Assembly (NCBI GenBank): GCA_010015805.1
Contig: ML978127.1
Coordinates: 620,001-684,000, forward strand
Direction of reading: 5' to 3'
DNA length: 64,000 bases
Origin: Rhizodiscina lignyota
Lineage: Eukaryota
The position numbers were made by a program, and so were the translations under genes. Below, piece by piece: positions 13,248-26,125 of the stretch (position 1 is the stretch's first letter; every line of letters begins with the position of its first letter). The notes beneath the pieces are model-generated. The model did not search any database. It worked only from the letters and a program-made list of their open reading frames with translations, and was not told where the DNA came from.

Positions 13248-16125
13248 TCACGGTTCTTGCTCGTCAATGAGAGCCAAACGAGACTGAATGAGGTCTGTAT
13301 CTTGGACACCACTATCACGGTACTGTCGCAGTACTTGTTCCCTCATCAATCGTCGGGGAGCTCGCCTTCCTGTGAACAGCTCAAATTGTGCAAAGCCCTG
13401 TTCTGGAAGTAGATCTAGCCCATCCATGGCAACCCAGCCCCGATCAACTTCCGCGCGGATCTGCTCCAGGAGTGGGGTGTGCAGGGTCTTGTATGCAACC
13501 TATTACAGTGTTAGCCGTTGTCTGTATCCGTTATGTCAAAGGGTCTCGAGGATGACAAAATAGTTGGCCGCCGGCCAAGCTGTAATGCATAAGGACGACG
13601 AGCGTTTGCACTTCAAGGTAAGCGAGACTAGCTGCGGCCCACATTTTTGTCACTCTTGGGGATTCCATTCCATACCTCTAGTACCACGCCTCCTGTTGGG
13701 CTCTTAAGCCACTGCGCCGGCATCGTAAACTTTGGCGGAGCAGGACTATCGCCAACACTGTGCGTTGGGATACAGCTGACGACAATAGTTGGTTGTCGAT
13801 AAGCTGACGGCCAAGGAGCTTCTCGCGATTCCAGAACGTGAAGTCGAACGTCTTTGAAGTCTCTGTCAATACGCCGCTCACTGGGACCAGAAACAAGCTG
13901 CTGGTTGTATTCAGCAAGGCGTTCCGCATTTGCCAGTGTCCGGTTGTGGATGAAAATATTTCTGACTCCTAGCTGCAGTAATGCGTAGACGGCAGCTCGG
14001 GCCATACCACCAGCTCCTACGACCAGTGCAGTGCTTTGCGGTCGTACCGCATTAACCGGGGAGAGTCCACGCCGGATGCAAGCTCGGATACCAATCCAAT
14101 CAGTGTTTTCGCCATAGAGTGCCTTCACCGGCCCAGCACGATTGCGCTCCTTGAGCAGGCTCAGCTCGTCGGGAATGGTCCCATCAGCGGCAAGCTCTCG
14201 GACAGGAATAAGAGTATTCACTGCGCCGATCGCCTTAGCATGGCGGCTGAGAGAATGTGTTAGAGCTATGATCTCAATCTTAAATGGCAACGTTACTGAA
14301 ACACCCCCGAAATGCGGGTCAGTGACAAGATCGTGAAGGTCATTTAGGGTCGGTGTTTGGTTCGTTCGGTAAGTGTGTGGTAAGCCACACAGTTCGTAAC
14401 CTGCATTATGCATTGCTGGAGACAAACTATAGCTGACGCTCGCGCCAAAAATATAGAAGTTCATCGGATCGTAAACGAAGCATTTTGACAAAGCTTCTGT
14501 GCATTCCCGGGCAGTAACACTAGGTTCGCTCATTCGTGGAAGGCTCTCGTGGCGGACGGAAGTGAGAGTTGGATTGAACACTAGAGATGTTTTCCCATGC
14601 CTTCCGGTATTGAAGGCGGTTACAGGTACCGCAGATCCATCTAATCCGTTGACCTTGTCCCGCAATCGTTGTACAGCGAAGTTGTCTTCAAGGCGAACAC
14701 CAGGACGACGCAGTCGCACAACATCGCATCCTAATCTCACTGCTCTTTCGTACGTGTCGACCCACCAGGCATCATCCCACTCAGCAGCTTCCTCAAGACA
14801 CGTCATGTCTCCAATTATCTTTACAGAGCCTTTGGCATCTACGATGCATTGAATTTCTGCGTCGTTCAAGTGCAAATCGACGGTCACAAACTCTGGGGCG
14901 AGACGCAAGCCGTGGTGAACAAGTTCCATGTACTGATAACCAGCAGACTGGTCCTTGGATCGGCTACGGTCGACATGGTAGATTATCGGCACGATCGTAT
15001 TCCTGCGCACTTCCGCAAAGACGCGGCTAATGACACAGATCTCCGGACTAGGAGACAAGTCTACATCGTCCCTTGTTTCGTCAATACAGAGTTCGAAGGC
15101 GTCCGATCCGCTTTCCAGTTGTTCTATGTCCACAGTGCCGCTTAGGAGTTCAAGCTCGCTGAAGCCCACCGATACAGCATAGGTGAACGGCCGAAGTTCA
15201 ACTCGGGTGTTCGAGAGAGGATATGCTGCTTCAAGTGTAGATAGGATATTTCCGGCTGTGACAAGCGCCATAAATTTGAGAAAGTGCCGTTCAGCTTTTT
15301 TCAATGTTAAGAACGGCGTGTGGAAGCGATTATCTGATAGTCGACGGGCGTCCCCCGAGGTCTCGACAACTTCCTGCTTTCCATCTGATAGATTGAAAAA
15401 CTCGTAGTTCGCACAGCTTCGAAAGACCGTTTTACTCACGCGCATCAGTTCCCTCACTTTGCGCCGTTCCAAAGTTTTCAGGTAGTTACAAACGCTCTCC
15501 TCGTCTCGAAGGACGTGTACCACTGGGTGTGATTTGCAGTAGTCCCTCAAAAGCGACTGGCAACTTCGATCTGTTGCTTCCGTACCACATATTATTATGC
15601 ATCCTCGTTCATTCTTGTGCAGAACGTCCGTTAGGACCTCCAACTGCTTTTGTTGATGTTGTAGCGGACCGTGCAGTTTTCTGTATGCCGCACTAGAGTG
15701 ACCAGTGGCTTCTTGGAAAGCGAACTGCGTCTCTATGAGTCGTCGTTGGAATACCGTGGAAGCCATGACTCCGAGTGTAGATTTGCCTGTTCCTCGGACT
15801 CCGACGAGAACGATTGAGGCTGCTTCTACGAATGTTCGACTCGATATAAACGATGGTGGCACGGGGGCGGGAGAGGTACTTGGCGAACGCGATGCTATAA
15901 TCGGTGAGTAAGAGATATTGCAGGCTGCTAGAGTATATTCATACTTAACGCGCTTTCCACAACGGCGGATCTGGAGCTCGACCTCGTTGAATCACCATTG
16001 CTTTGGTGAGCAAATCGCTTGGATAGCTGGAGTTGAGCGGAGGCAGCAGCAGATGCTCGAGCTAATCCAGATCCTCCATGATCAATTGAAGAGAATGGCC
16101 TCTTAGTGCCTGCGGCCGAAGCCAT
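13248..16125 (-). CDS. qutR: Quinate pathway repressor (QutR / QA-1S; AROM-derived shikimate kinase, type I dehydroquinase and shikimate dehydrogenase-like domains)
   Basis: [54 protein letters not shown] and final exon [23 protein letters not shown]. Introns about 15895..15944 and 13500..13675. Confidence 0.93.
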
Positions 16126-16471
16126 AGAGACTCGTACGCGTCGACAAGCCAAACTCCTCCAGATACGAAGGAGCCAGTTTCTCGTGAGCGTGTAAGATCT
16201 GCAACAGAGTCGCTTTTCCGCGACAACGAGAAGTAAATCGTCTAAGGGAGGCCTGGCAAGCTACTCCCTGATAATCTTAATGCAAACTCATCAATATGCG
16301 GAAGCTTCTTGGAAGTGCTGAAAGGCGACTTGAGGGAGTGGCTCTGTAGACTGTTCGCTCGCGGGAAACCAGCTCCTTCAGACGCGGCATAACGAAGTAC
16401 TTCTGCAAGTAGCATCGTTGTGGAAGGACCGAATTCGAAAAGAGACCAGAAATTAGTGCATCGAATACAAC

Positions 16472-16487
16472 GGATAAAAGCTTATCC
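16472..16487. promoter_or_regulatory. QA-1F/QutA activator binding palindrome
   Basis: GGATAAAAGCTTATCC matches the Neurospora QA-1F consensus GGRTAARYRYTTAYCC at 15/16 and lies in the qutR/qutA divergent promoter. Confidence 0.8.
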
Positions 16488-17030
16488 AAAGCTTGGATCG
16501 GACCACCTTAGTACACCCGCGAGCCGGGATGCGAGGCGGTGACAAAATAGTTGAGCCGATCAATTGAAAGGCTGTAGTGAAAAACCTTTGTTCTTCAGTG
16601 AGAGCAAGAGTAGCTCTGAAAGCTCGATCGAGCATCCACCAGGCTGTATGTACTAAAATACGCAGAATTAGTGTGTTTGATCTGTGTTGATTATCGAGGA
16701 TATGCACCTCCTTCACCCTTCGTGCCTCAACCCAGCTTTTTTGTCACCCACTAGCTAGCCCTGGCCTAGCTCCAACTCCTCTTTAGCTCGAACCCCATCC
16801 CGTCAATCCATCAATCCCACATTACTCCGTATTCCCTTTGATCAAGCATTATTCTGTTGGGCGCTTCAGCATTTCGGGCTCTCTGATGCGACGCTAGCCG
16901 TATGTCATCCGGTCTTATTCTGTGTCGCTCGCGGCATCACTATTCGAACCCTCGCGAGTCTCCCGCTGTACCACTTCCGGCTCTCGAACTCAGTTCTTAA
17001 GGAAATTTCCAAGCAATTCTTATTGTTCTG

Positions 17031-19028
17031 ATGGTTGAAAAGCGAAAGCATGCCGACGGCTCGGGTGAGCCTCCAGCGCCTGTAGCCAAGAGGCAGAGAG
17101 TGTCAAGAGCTTGCGATCAGTGTCGAGCAGCACGAGAGAAATGCGACGGCATACAGCCAATGTGCTTTACCTGCGCATCTTCAAATAGAGCATGCTCATA
17201 CACCACTCCACCAAAGAAACGAGGGATACAGCCTGGATATATACGAACCCTTGAATTGACCTTGGCCTGGGTCCTTGAAAATACTACCGGCGCCGAAAAT
17301 AAACTCAGGGCTGCCTTGGCTCAAGAGTCTGTTGCTTCAGTTCTGTCTGGGAAGGACACCGATGGATCGCACAAGTTGCACAAGACATGGCGAAGAAACT
17401 CGGCATTCAAAGAGCTGGAAAGGCTCTTGGGCAAATCTGAGCATGCTTCAACCCCTGAACGTGAATCTCCTGATGAGCCCACTTCGAATGTGGACCCCGG
17501 ATCAGCAAACCCTGGTATCTCCCCACCTGCGTCGGACGGGTCTTTCACTGCAAATCTCCCACCTCATCTCTGGCGCCTGTTAGATGTGTACTATGCGTAT
17601 ACACATACTTGGTTTCCAATCCTCCAGAAACACGACATGCTAAAGTTGGCCTACGCATACGGTGATGGCGGGTTGAGGCTCACCCCAGGTGTGGAGCCAG
17701 AGCATGCTGAACTTTGGGCGCTGCTTGCAGTCGCTTCTGTGCAAGACGATGCAGTTGCTTCTGTGCATGATGATGTCGTCGCTTCTGTCTCGATATCAGA
17801 TCGAACCAGCAAAAGAATATACGATACGGCGAGGCGGCTCATTCCAGATGAACGTGGAAAGCTTTCGATAAGTCATGTGAAAGCACTCTTGCTCTTGACG
17901 CTTATCAACATAGGCTCAGAATACTGGACAGGGGCGTGGCTTCTTCTTGGGCAGGCAATCAATGTTGCTGTTGATCTGGGCCTGCAAAATCCAATTCCGT
18001 CACAACTGGACTATGACCGTAGGAAGCATGTGATACTTGCATGCTTCCTGCTGGAGTCTTTGATTTCATCACATCTTGACCGAGCCCCACGACTAGCCTC
18101 GCTTGACGTTGCATCCCTTGGACCAGTCGAGGAAGAAGGACTAGAAGAGTGGCATCCGTGGACCCCGTGCGATGGCTTTGGCGAGCACAGGGCCACCGCC
18201 AGAGACTCCACAGCATCATTATCAAGGACGCCAAGTCACTCATTAAGCATATTCAACCAGCTGCTCGTGCTGTCCAATAGCGTCCGTGGACCTTCTACAA
18301 CTCTAACTGTGAATCTTCCTTCACATCTTCGATTAACGGATTCTCGTGAGAGCACCCCTCAGCTCCTGTACCTCCACGTCGCCCATGCTTGTATTACCGG
18401 TGCATCGGATAGGGCTCAGCAATTATTCGCCGCTTTTGCCCAACAATTCGGAATCGTCGCAATGCCCCCAATATCCCATCTCTATGCCAGCCTCTTGGGG
18501 AAACAGGGGATTCCAAGTGTTTCAAACCTCGGCATTCTCAATAAGCTTCTTTTTAACCTTGCGAAGGTCTGGGGAGCTACGGCTGATGCCACTGATCCTA
18601 TTCAGGAAGAGCCAGAGACAGTTTCACCGAACATTCAAACAAACTTCATCACCGTACCGAATGTCACAGAAAGCTCGCCGCTATACACAAATGCTATCTC
18701 TATGGACCGTCGAGCGCCCACGGTAGTTAATCTTGCACAGCAAAGGTCGAGCTTGCAGGTTCCCAAGGCAGACGAAGGTCAGAGTTTTCAACGATACAAC
18801 TCACACAGTTCTGTTGATTTGGATGCGCTCTTCGATGAGCTCGCCTCATTAGATGGAACAGACAATGCGGACAACCAACCATTATTCATGCAGAATCTTG
18901 GGCTTGCGCCGAATGTCGACCTTAACGACGTCCTGGCTTCTGACTTTGGTTTCGATCCTCTGTTATCCACATACATGAGTGGCGCACCGATCGCGTCCAA
19001 CCGATCACGTAATTACCCCAATGGATGA
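17031..19028 (+). CDS. qutA: Quinate pathway activator, Zn(II)2Cys6 transcription factor (QutA / QA-1F)
   Basis: KRQRVSRACDQCRAAREKCDGIQPMCFTCASSNRACSY, KKRGIQPGYIRTLE, YTHTWFPIL, EEGLEEWHPW and acidic C-terminal DLDALFDELASLDG...FMQNLG. Intronless. Confidence 0.95.
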   Translation: MVEKRKHADGSGEPPAPVAKRQRVSRACDQCRAAREKCDGIQPMCFTCASSNRACSYTTPPKKRGIQPGYIRTLELTLAWVLENTTGAENKLRAALAQESVASVLSGKDTDGSHKLHKTWRRNSAFKELERLLGKSEHASTPERESPDEPTSNVDPGSANPGISPPASDGSFTANLPPHLWRLLDVYYAYTHTWFPILQKHDMLKLAYAYGDGGLRLTPGVEPEHAELWALLAVASVQDDAVASVHDDVVASVSISDRTSKRIYDTARRLIPDERGKLSISHVKALLLLTLINIGSEYWTGAWLLLGQAINVAVDLGLQNPIPSQLDYDRRKHVILACFLLESLISSHLDRAPRLASLDVASLGPVEEEGLEEWHPWTPCDGFGEHRATARDSTASLSRTPSHSLSIFNQLLVLSNSVRGPSTTLTVNLPSHLRLTDSRESTPQLLYLHVAHACITGASDRAQQLFAAFAQQFGIVAMPPISHLYASLLGKQGIPSVSNLGILNKLLFNLAKVWGATADATDPIQEEPETVSPNIQTNFITVPNVTESSPLYTNAISMDRRAPTVVNLAQQRSSLQVPKADEGQSFQRYNSHSSVDLDALFDELASLDGTDNADNQPLFMQNLGLAPNVDLNDVLASDFGFDPLLSTYMSGAPIASNRSRNYPNG

Positions 19029-19738
19029 TTCCTTCTCTATTTAGCGTCCAGATTATTTTGTCCCGCTGCTTGTGGAAAGGACGAATGTCCGTCAACGCCT
19101 GGATTTGCCACGCATTGAGCCCGCTTAACGGAATGGCTGCGGTAGGAGCAAGTTTTATTCTTTAGCACGAGCAAGAGCATCTATGGAAGCTCGATTGAAT
19201 ATATACCGGAGCGCATTTATCAAGCAGTCGCAGCTTTAGTATGTATAATCTATATTAACTACCGAGCATATAAATCCTCGCCGTTCGATATATTTCAGCT
19301 ACAATTCAACTGTTTTGCCACCCACTTGATGCTCTGTCGCCAGGCGCCTGTAGCTGAGTTTTTGCTATTTTACAATCCACCTGCGTGCGGCCGACTTCAT
19401 TCGCAGGCGGCAGGCCGTCAGCCCATCGAGGGTGACAAAATATTTGGCTGCCAGGTAAGCTGTAACGCCTAAAAGCGATCGGATTGTACACTTCAAAGGA
19501 AGTGAGACCATCTCTGAAAGTTTAGCTATACGTTCTTCGGAGTGTACCAGATAGCAGCGAACCTTTGAAAAACTTGTAGACTCTGGTATTTACAGAAGCT
19601 AAACGCTATTGCTATTTAATATCTTGTAAGCTGTCGGGAACACTTTGTCATCCTCAGGATGTTGTAGACAGCCATCACGCAACGCTCTGGCCTCTCCATG
19701 GCATCCTTCGTAGCGCCCTTGTAACGCCCTCCACGTAA

Positions 19739-21442
19739 TCATGCTCCGGTATCTTCAATTTTGTTGGCAGTCAATTGTGTCTTTGCTACACCCAATCCGG
19801 CGCCTTCAGCGTCATGTCTGAATTCCTCATCTTGGACTCGCAACTCCTCCGTGACAATTGCATGAGCTTTACGAACCGGCTTGGTCTCGAATAGCCTGTC
19901 CATTGCTTCTAAAGGAATGCCCTTCGTTTCCGGTATCAAGAAGAAGACAAAGACAACGCTCATAATCATGAGAGAAGCAAAAAAGAAGTACACTCCGTAT
20001 TTCATAGTGAGGAACATCTGCGGCGTGAATCGGCTGATGATAAAGTTCCAGAACCAGTTGTTTGCCGCTGCAGAGGCTTGCCCAAGGGAACGAGTGTTCT
20101 GATCAAACATCTCGGAGTTGATGACCCACGGTGTACCGTTCCAGGACGGCGTGTAGAATGCCGTCCAGAGGTAGAAGAAGAAAATTGCGGCAATTCCGGA
20201 AGAAGAGAGTTTCGTATTCGATGTATTCGCGTCTGGATCGCTGATCTTGATATAGGCGCCGAGATACCACATGCAGAGAGAGCCACCAATAGCTCCAATC
20301 ATTAGGAGACGACGACGGCCGAGGCGATCAATAAGGAAGAACAGCCAGACGAAAGTGATCGCGGTCTTGACGACGCCAAAGATGCCCGTTGTCAAGAAGC
20401 CGGTGCTTGTACCGTGGATGCCAATGGATTGGAAAACTGTTGGGCTATAGTAGTTTATCGCATTTATACCCGAGCCGTTCTGCCAGAGGAATAGCATGCC
20501 TCCGAGGAAGAATCGCCATTGTACCTTTCGGTTACGAGCTACGGCTTGGAAAGGCTGATATTGACAAAATATTAGTTCGATGACATGGTACTACTAACGT
20601 CCGATGATCAGGGACAGGTCACCACTTACCTTCCAGAATCCGACGCCGATTGCTGCACGCTGCTCTTCAATAGCTGCGTCTATAAATGCTACTTCTTCAA
20701 CCAGATAGATATCATCTTGAGGAAGCTTTCGGATCCAGCACAAATTCTTCATAGCCAGCTCACGCTTGCCCTTGGTGAGAAGCCATCTTGGAGACTCTTT
20801 GATCCACAAAGCCCCAATAAACAATATCCCAGCCGGAATCAATTGGACTGCGAATGGAATGATCCATTGTTCGTGACTGGGAGCCATCGTCTGCGTGAGT
20901 CCATAGTTGATCCAGAAGCCGACAAGGCCACCAATCTGCCAACCAAGTTCGTAAATGCCGACAAGAGCACCTCTAACAGCCGGTGGAGCAAGTTCCGAGA
21001 TGTAGATTGGCACGACCATGGAGCACCCACCGACACCGATACCGGCGAGCACACGACCGCCATAAATGAGACCCAATCCGCGAGCCCCATTCGCTCCAAG
21101 ATTCATACCAGCCCCGAGGATGAAGACGAGAGAGAAGACATGCAAGCTGTATCGTCGTCCGATGAAGAAGGTCGACGCATATGCGAAGAATGAACCGAAG
21201 AAGGCGCCGGCTTGGTAAACGGAGACAATATTTGCCTTGACAAGAGCCAGATGCGAAGCAGTCATCTCGGGAAATCCGAATTCATCAGAGAATGAATCTA
21301 GCGCCAGAGTAGTGCCGATGAACGCAGAATCGTAACCAATCATACACGAGGCAAAGGATGCTACGGCCGCGCAAGCCCAGATCCGCCAATTGTAGACTGC
21401 ATTTGGAGTTGGTCGGTCTTCGACCAGTTGTAGAAGTCCCAT
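19739..21442 (-). CDS. qutD: Quinate permease (MFS sugar-porter family; QutD / QA-Y)
   Basis: VEDRPTPNAVYNWR, CMIGYDSAFIG, PIYISELAPPAVRG, WQNGSGINAINYYSP, WNGTPWVINSEMF and PETKG. One intron about 20555..20629. Confidence 0.96.
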
Positions 21443-22286
21443 AGTAGATGCTGAGGGACGCCAGAGACGGCGTCGAGGTGATAGAATAGCTAGCGGCCTT
21501 TGTTACTAATAAAGCACAGAGTTTTGAACGATATGTCAAGACAACACCCCAAAACACGTAGGACTAAGCTTTCGGAAATAGTGTGGCCTCTCTTGAAGAA
21601 GTACAAGAGCTGCTCGCTCTTAGGCTGAAGCTGACTAGCAGAATGAGAGAAGATGACTTAGGGAATCGAGAACAAGTCTACAGGCACCCATGAAGACATA
21701 ATATATCTAATATGCTGGGTGCACAGAGCTCCACGTTTTCCCCAGACTTGGCGAACCGTCTGGAGAACTATTTTCAGGGTGAGCACTACTCGAATTTTTT
21801 GCACTTACCGTCTCAACCAGCTCCGGCATTTCCGCGGTCAACGCAATCATCTTGCGTGCCCATCCCCATGCCGATCCGATAATCTAAAAGATTTTCTTAA
21901 GCTCGGAAGCATCATCCTGGACCATAGGCGGAAAAGTGGTAGGAAAGTGCTAGCACGCTGGGACTAAAACAAGACCCGTCGTCGGCGCCCCGGCTTGCCG
22001 GGGACAATCATCCACCGAGAACGTCAACCACCCCTGAACATACGAGTCATGACCCTGGCTAAAGGTTTTGCCTTCGAACTTGTCCGGTCCATAATTTTGA
22101 GATGCTGGATCTGATTTTGTTCGGTCCTCGGGGGAATGAGGGCGTTGGTCGTCAACACGATGAAATTTTGGAGCGATCATCGTCATTACTTAGATGACAG
22201 TCTACGGACAAAACCCCTACGACTTTGAACTTGCTCAGTTTACAATTAATCCTTAGAGATTTGGAGACGAACCACGCAGCGTCACG

Positions 22287-23276
22287 ATGCCATCCATCCC
22301 TTCCCTGCCGAAGACTGACCATTTAGATGGAGTTGGATATCTGTTTGGAGCGCCAATAGCGCATAGCATGTCCCCACTTCTACACGGAACGGTGTATCGC
22401 TTTTTGGGCCTGAATTGGGAGCAGTTTCTTTTGGAGTCTCTCGACATCCCAATGTTCATAAACCTTATCAATGACTCGAAATGCTTCGGTATTTATATAC
22501 TGTATCAGATTAGAAGAGCCAAGCATTGCGCTAACATTACAGCAGGCGCTTCGGTGACAATGCCGCATAAGCTAGCTATTATACCTTACCTCGACGATCT
22601 GACTCCGGAAGGACGTGATGTTGGGGCTGTGAATACCATCTTCTTCCGCGAGAAAGATGGCAAGAAGCAGCTCATAGGCACAAACACTGACATTGTCGGC
22701 ATTCGCGAATCCTTTTATCGAAATGTATCCAATCCTGATGCCGTTTTTCATAAGCGCCCAGGTATGGTCGTCGGAGGCGGCGGTGCTGCTCGAAGCGCAG
22801 TATACGCTTTGCAGAGATGGATGAAGTGCAGTCCAATATATATGGTGAACCGCGACCGATCCGAAGTTGCCGATGTCATTTCGGAATGCAAGTCGCGAGG
22901 CTTTGGCGACGATCTTATCGACGTCGCTACTCTAAAGCAAGCAGAGACCTTAGAAGGCCCCGGAGCGATCGTTGCCTGTATTCCCGATTTCGAGCCTAAG
23001 ACGGCGGCAGAGAAAGAGGCACGAAGTGTACTTCAATGCATGCTAAACAAGCCGCACAAGGGAGCCATTCTGGAGATGGCGTATCACCCTTCGCCGTGGA
23101 CGACAATCGGGCGATTATCGCAGGAGGCAGGATGGCGCGTTATCCTCGGAACTGAGTCGATGATCTACCAGGGCTTCGAACAGAATAGGTATTGGACTGG
23201 TAAGAGTATCGATGAGATGAATGTTGAGGAGTGTCGAGAGGTGATAGCGGCGAAGTTGCGAGAGGCCAAGCTTTAG
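22287..23276 (+). CDS. qutB: Quinate (shikimate) dehydrogenase (QutB / QA-3)
   Basis: GYLFGAPIAHSMSPLLH, GASVTMPHK, NTDIVGIRESF, VGGGGAARSA and LEMAYHP. In-frame intron 22489..22545. Confidence 0.95.
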   Translation: MPSIPSLPKTDHLDGVGYLFGAPIAHSMSPLLHGTVYRFLGLNWEQFLLESLDIPMFINLINDSKCFGIYILYQIRRAKHCANITAGASVTMPHKLAIIPYLDDLTPEGRDVGAVNTIFFREKDGKKQLIGTNTDIVGIRESFYRNVSNPDAVFHKRPGMVVGGGGAARSAVYALQRWMKCSPIYMVNRDRSEVADVISECKSRGFGDDLIDVATLKQAETLEGPGAIVACIPDFEPKTAAEKEARSVLQCMLNKPHKGAILEMAYHPSPWTTIGRLSQEAGWRVILGTESMIYQGFEQNRYWTGKSIDEMNVEECREVIAAKLREAKL

Positions 23277-23358
23277 AAAAGTTCAAGTAACTTCTGCTTT
23301 GAGATTTATTCCTGTACATACTACATGGGCTTACGTCTGACGGCCTGACTTTTCATCA

Positions 23359-24739
23359 TTAAGCACCCGGACGAGAGTAATCTAAATTGCGCACTCTGCG
23401 CCAAACTTCCCTTACAGTTCGCTCCTGGCCTTGACGGCCGGATTCGTTCGGAGCATCGCCGGCTGGCCTGAATCGATGTGAACAGCTGCGAATATCTCCC
23501 TCTCAATATGTTTTGCTTACCTGATTGCAAGATACAACCGACTACCAAGCCTCACATCTTCTATCGGAGCATGGGCCGGGTCTGGGGGCGGATTTGCAGT
23601 AGTAACAAGTCCTCCAGCCTCCTGGAGAATGCTGATACCTGCAGCGACATCCCTTCGACTTGTCAGAAGCTTCAACGGAGGACATTGTGATTCACACATA
23701 CCATTCCCAGCAGCCACCTTCCCACCAGATGTCGAAAGCGCCCATTGCGGTGTACGCTAGATCCATCGTTGCACTGTGATTGTCAAAAACATTTGAATTC
23801 CGAGCAAGGATCCTCCGTACCTTCCAAGACTCCTCACACCATGAACCATGCCGCCTTTGCCCTCTCTTCCGCCAATTTCAGCTGCCATATTCATAAAGCT
23901 ATCGACTTTGCGGTGCATGTTGCCGTCCGGCATATCTCTCCGGTCTTTGCCCCATTCACAAGAGAAGATACATTTACTTGGGGCATTTGGAGGCATTGGG
24001 GGAATTGGATTCCGAAGGATTGGTAGCTGTTGGGTTTCGTTCAACCAGGCTCCTCGCCCCGCACAAGCCGAGAATAGTTGCTTCAGGAATGGAGCGTTGA
24101 TGACCCCGATTGTGGCCTTGCCATTGAGGATGAAGCCGATGGACACGCAAAACATGGGAAACAGATGTGTGTAATTAACTGTGCCGTCCAGCGGATCGAC
24201 ACACCATGTTGGGTCATTGCCGATGAGATAGTCGCGAGAAGAACCTTTCGAATATGTCTCTTCTCCCAGAAATCTGACTCGAATCAGTATGTAAGGGTCC
24301 CCGGAAGGTAATGCACAGCTATAAAGCAGACGTACTTGTGACTTGGGTACTTTGCGCTTATCTTCGATTTGATGAAATGTTCAACGTCTAAGCATGCCTG
24401 AATTAGCGACAAAAATCGACAGGAGTAGCGAGAAGATTGATTATTCGCTTCCAGAACAGTCCAACTCTTAGGCTCGCAGACTTGTTCGGATGTCTTGCGT
24501 GTGTGAGGCAGAGGACTCAGGAATAGCGCTGGAAAAACGCTCAAGCAAGCTCAAGGGCATGTACCCTCGTCCGTTTTAGTGACAATGTCTACCGCATTAT
24601 CCTTCTCAATTTGCTGATCCCCTGCACCTCCATCTATCCTGATCTGAGCGCCTTTCAAGAGGGTATCACCTGCCTCCTTCCCAAGCTCAACGGCAAAAGC
24701 GTAGATATCGTCTAAATCTGCTTGGCTTAGCGATGGCAT
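23359..24739 (-). CDS. qutG: Inositol monophosphatase-family protein (QutG / QA-X)
   Basis: EKDNAVDIVTKTDE, TWCVDPLDGTVNY, CEWGKDRRD, GGMVHGVRSLG, DVAAGISILQEAGG and C-terminal REVWRRVRNLDYSRPGA. Multi-intron gene. Confidence 0.93.
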
Positions 24740-25233
24740 CTTGACGAATGCATGTCATAGGGCTTCTTGACACTTGGTTCCGTTCTTATGTCGAGAAAAG
24801 CTTACGGATATCAACGGCTAACGACGGGAAGCATACATAAGGATACGGAGTATTGAAAGGATGATTCATTTCCCTGGCTGCTGTCAATCTCGGGTGTGGA
24901 TATAGAGTAGGTAGCTGGCCGCCGATCATCGGGCCGTTCGGAACCCCCAGCTACCCCTATCTTACCCGACTTTTCAATTTTGCGAGCCTTGACTAAGGAT
25001 TATGTCTCTTTAAACTGATTGCGAGTTACTAATGAACTCAAAGATGGAGTCTCCTTGCTCTAATTGGGCGCCTAGCGCAAACAATTTGCCTGCGCTTGCG
25101 CGCTCGGCCTCGACATTAATACCACCAGAAGGCCCGTCTTGGAATAATTGCCCGGAAATCCAAGAGCTCTAAGGAAGCTCAATTGCACTTCAGAAAAACA
25201 CTGCTAGAGCGATCATTATCGGGTCTTCAGATC

Positions 25234-25756
25234 ATGGCAAAAAGCATCTTGCTAATCAATGGACCAAATCTCAACCTCTTGGGGACTCGGGAGCCTCAGA
25301 TCTATGGATCCACAACTCTAGAGGATGTCGAGAAGGATGCCAAAAGACAAGCCTCGAGCCTTTCCATCCAGCTGGAGGCTTACCAGTCCAATTGGGAAGG
25401 CGCCATCATTGATCGTATACACCAGGCTCGCGGACAGTTCGACGCAATCATCATCAATCCAGGCGGCCTGACCCACACTAGCGTTGCGCTGAGGGATGCC
25501 CTGCTTGGAGTTGCCATTCCTTTCATCGAGCTGCATATCAGCAATATCCACAAAAGGGAGCCGTGGCGAAATCATAGTTACTTTAGTGACAAGGCTGAAG
25601 CGGTAATATGCGGAATGGGTAAGATGAGCTGTAACTCATGAACCCATCAATACACTGCTAATTTCTCTATCACCAAATCTAGGGACGTTCGGGTATAAAG
25701 CTGCGATCGAACATGTTGCGAAGAACTTCAAGGCCTTGGGTAGATCGAGTCTGTAA
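25234..25756 (+). CDS. qutE: Catabolic type II 3-dehydroquinase (QutE / QA-2)
   Basis: [45 protein letters not shown] and [11 protein letters not shown]. Intron 25619..25682. Confidence 0.97.
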
Positions 25757-26125
25757 ATGTTAGTGACAGGTCTCAGAGCCGGAGACATCTGAAAGGCCCA
25801 ATTGAGTCATGCAAAAGTTCTCTTCTATCATTGGATTGCATACTGTGTCAATGCGACCAAAGGCTTCACATCCCAGAAAGAGCGACAGACGAGGAGCATT
25901 GTTTCGTTGCAGATCAACCAGCCTTCGAGGACAAGCAACAAGCAAAATACTGCCTTACGAAACGTCAAAGTATCTTTGCAGACACGATACGATGTACGAA
26001 GCGCAGACGATATATCTATCCCTTGATTATATAATACCCAGTCCATTTGGACCACTGTCCATGCGTAACACAAAGACTATTGGTAGCGTCAGTTCTCGCC
26101 TTGTTCCATTTGAGAGACAAAGTCT

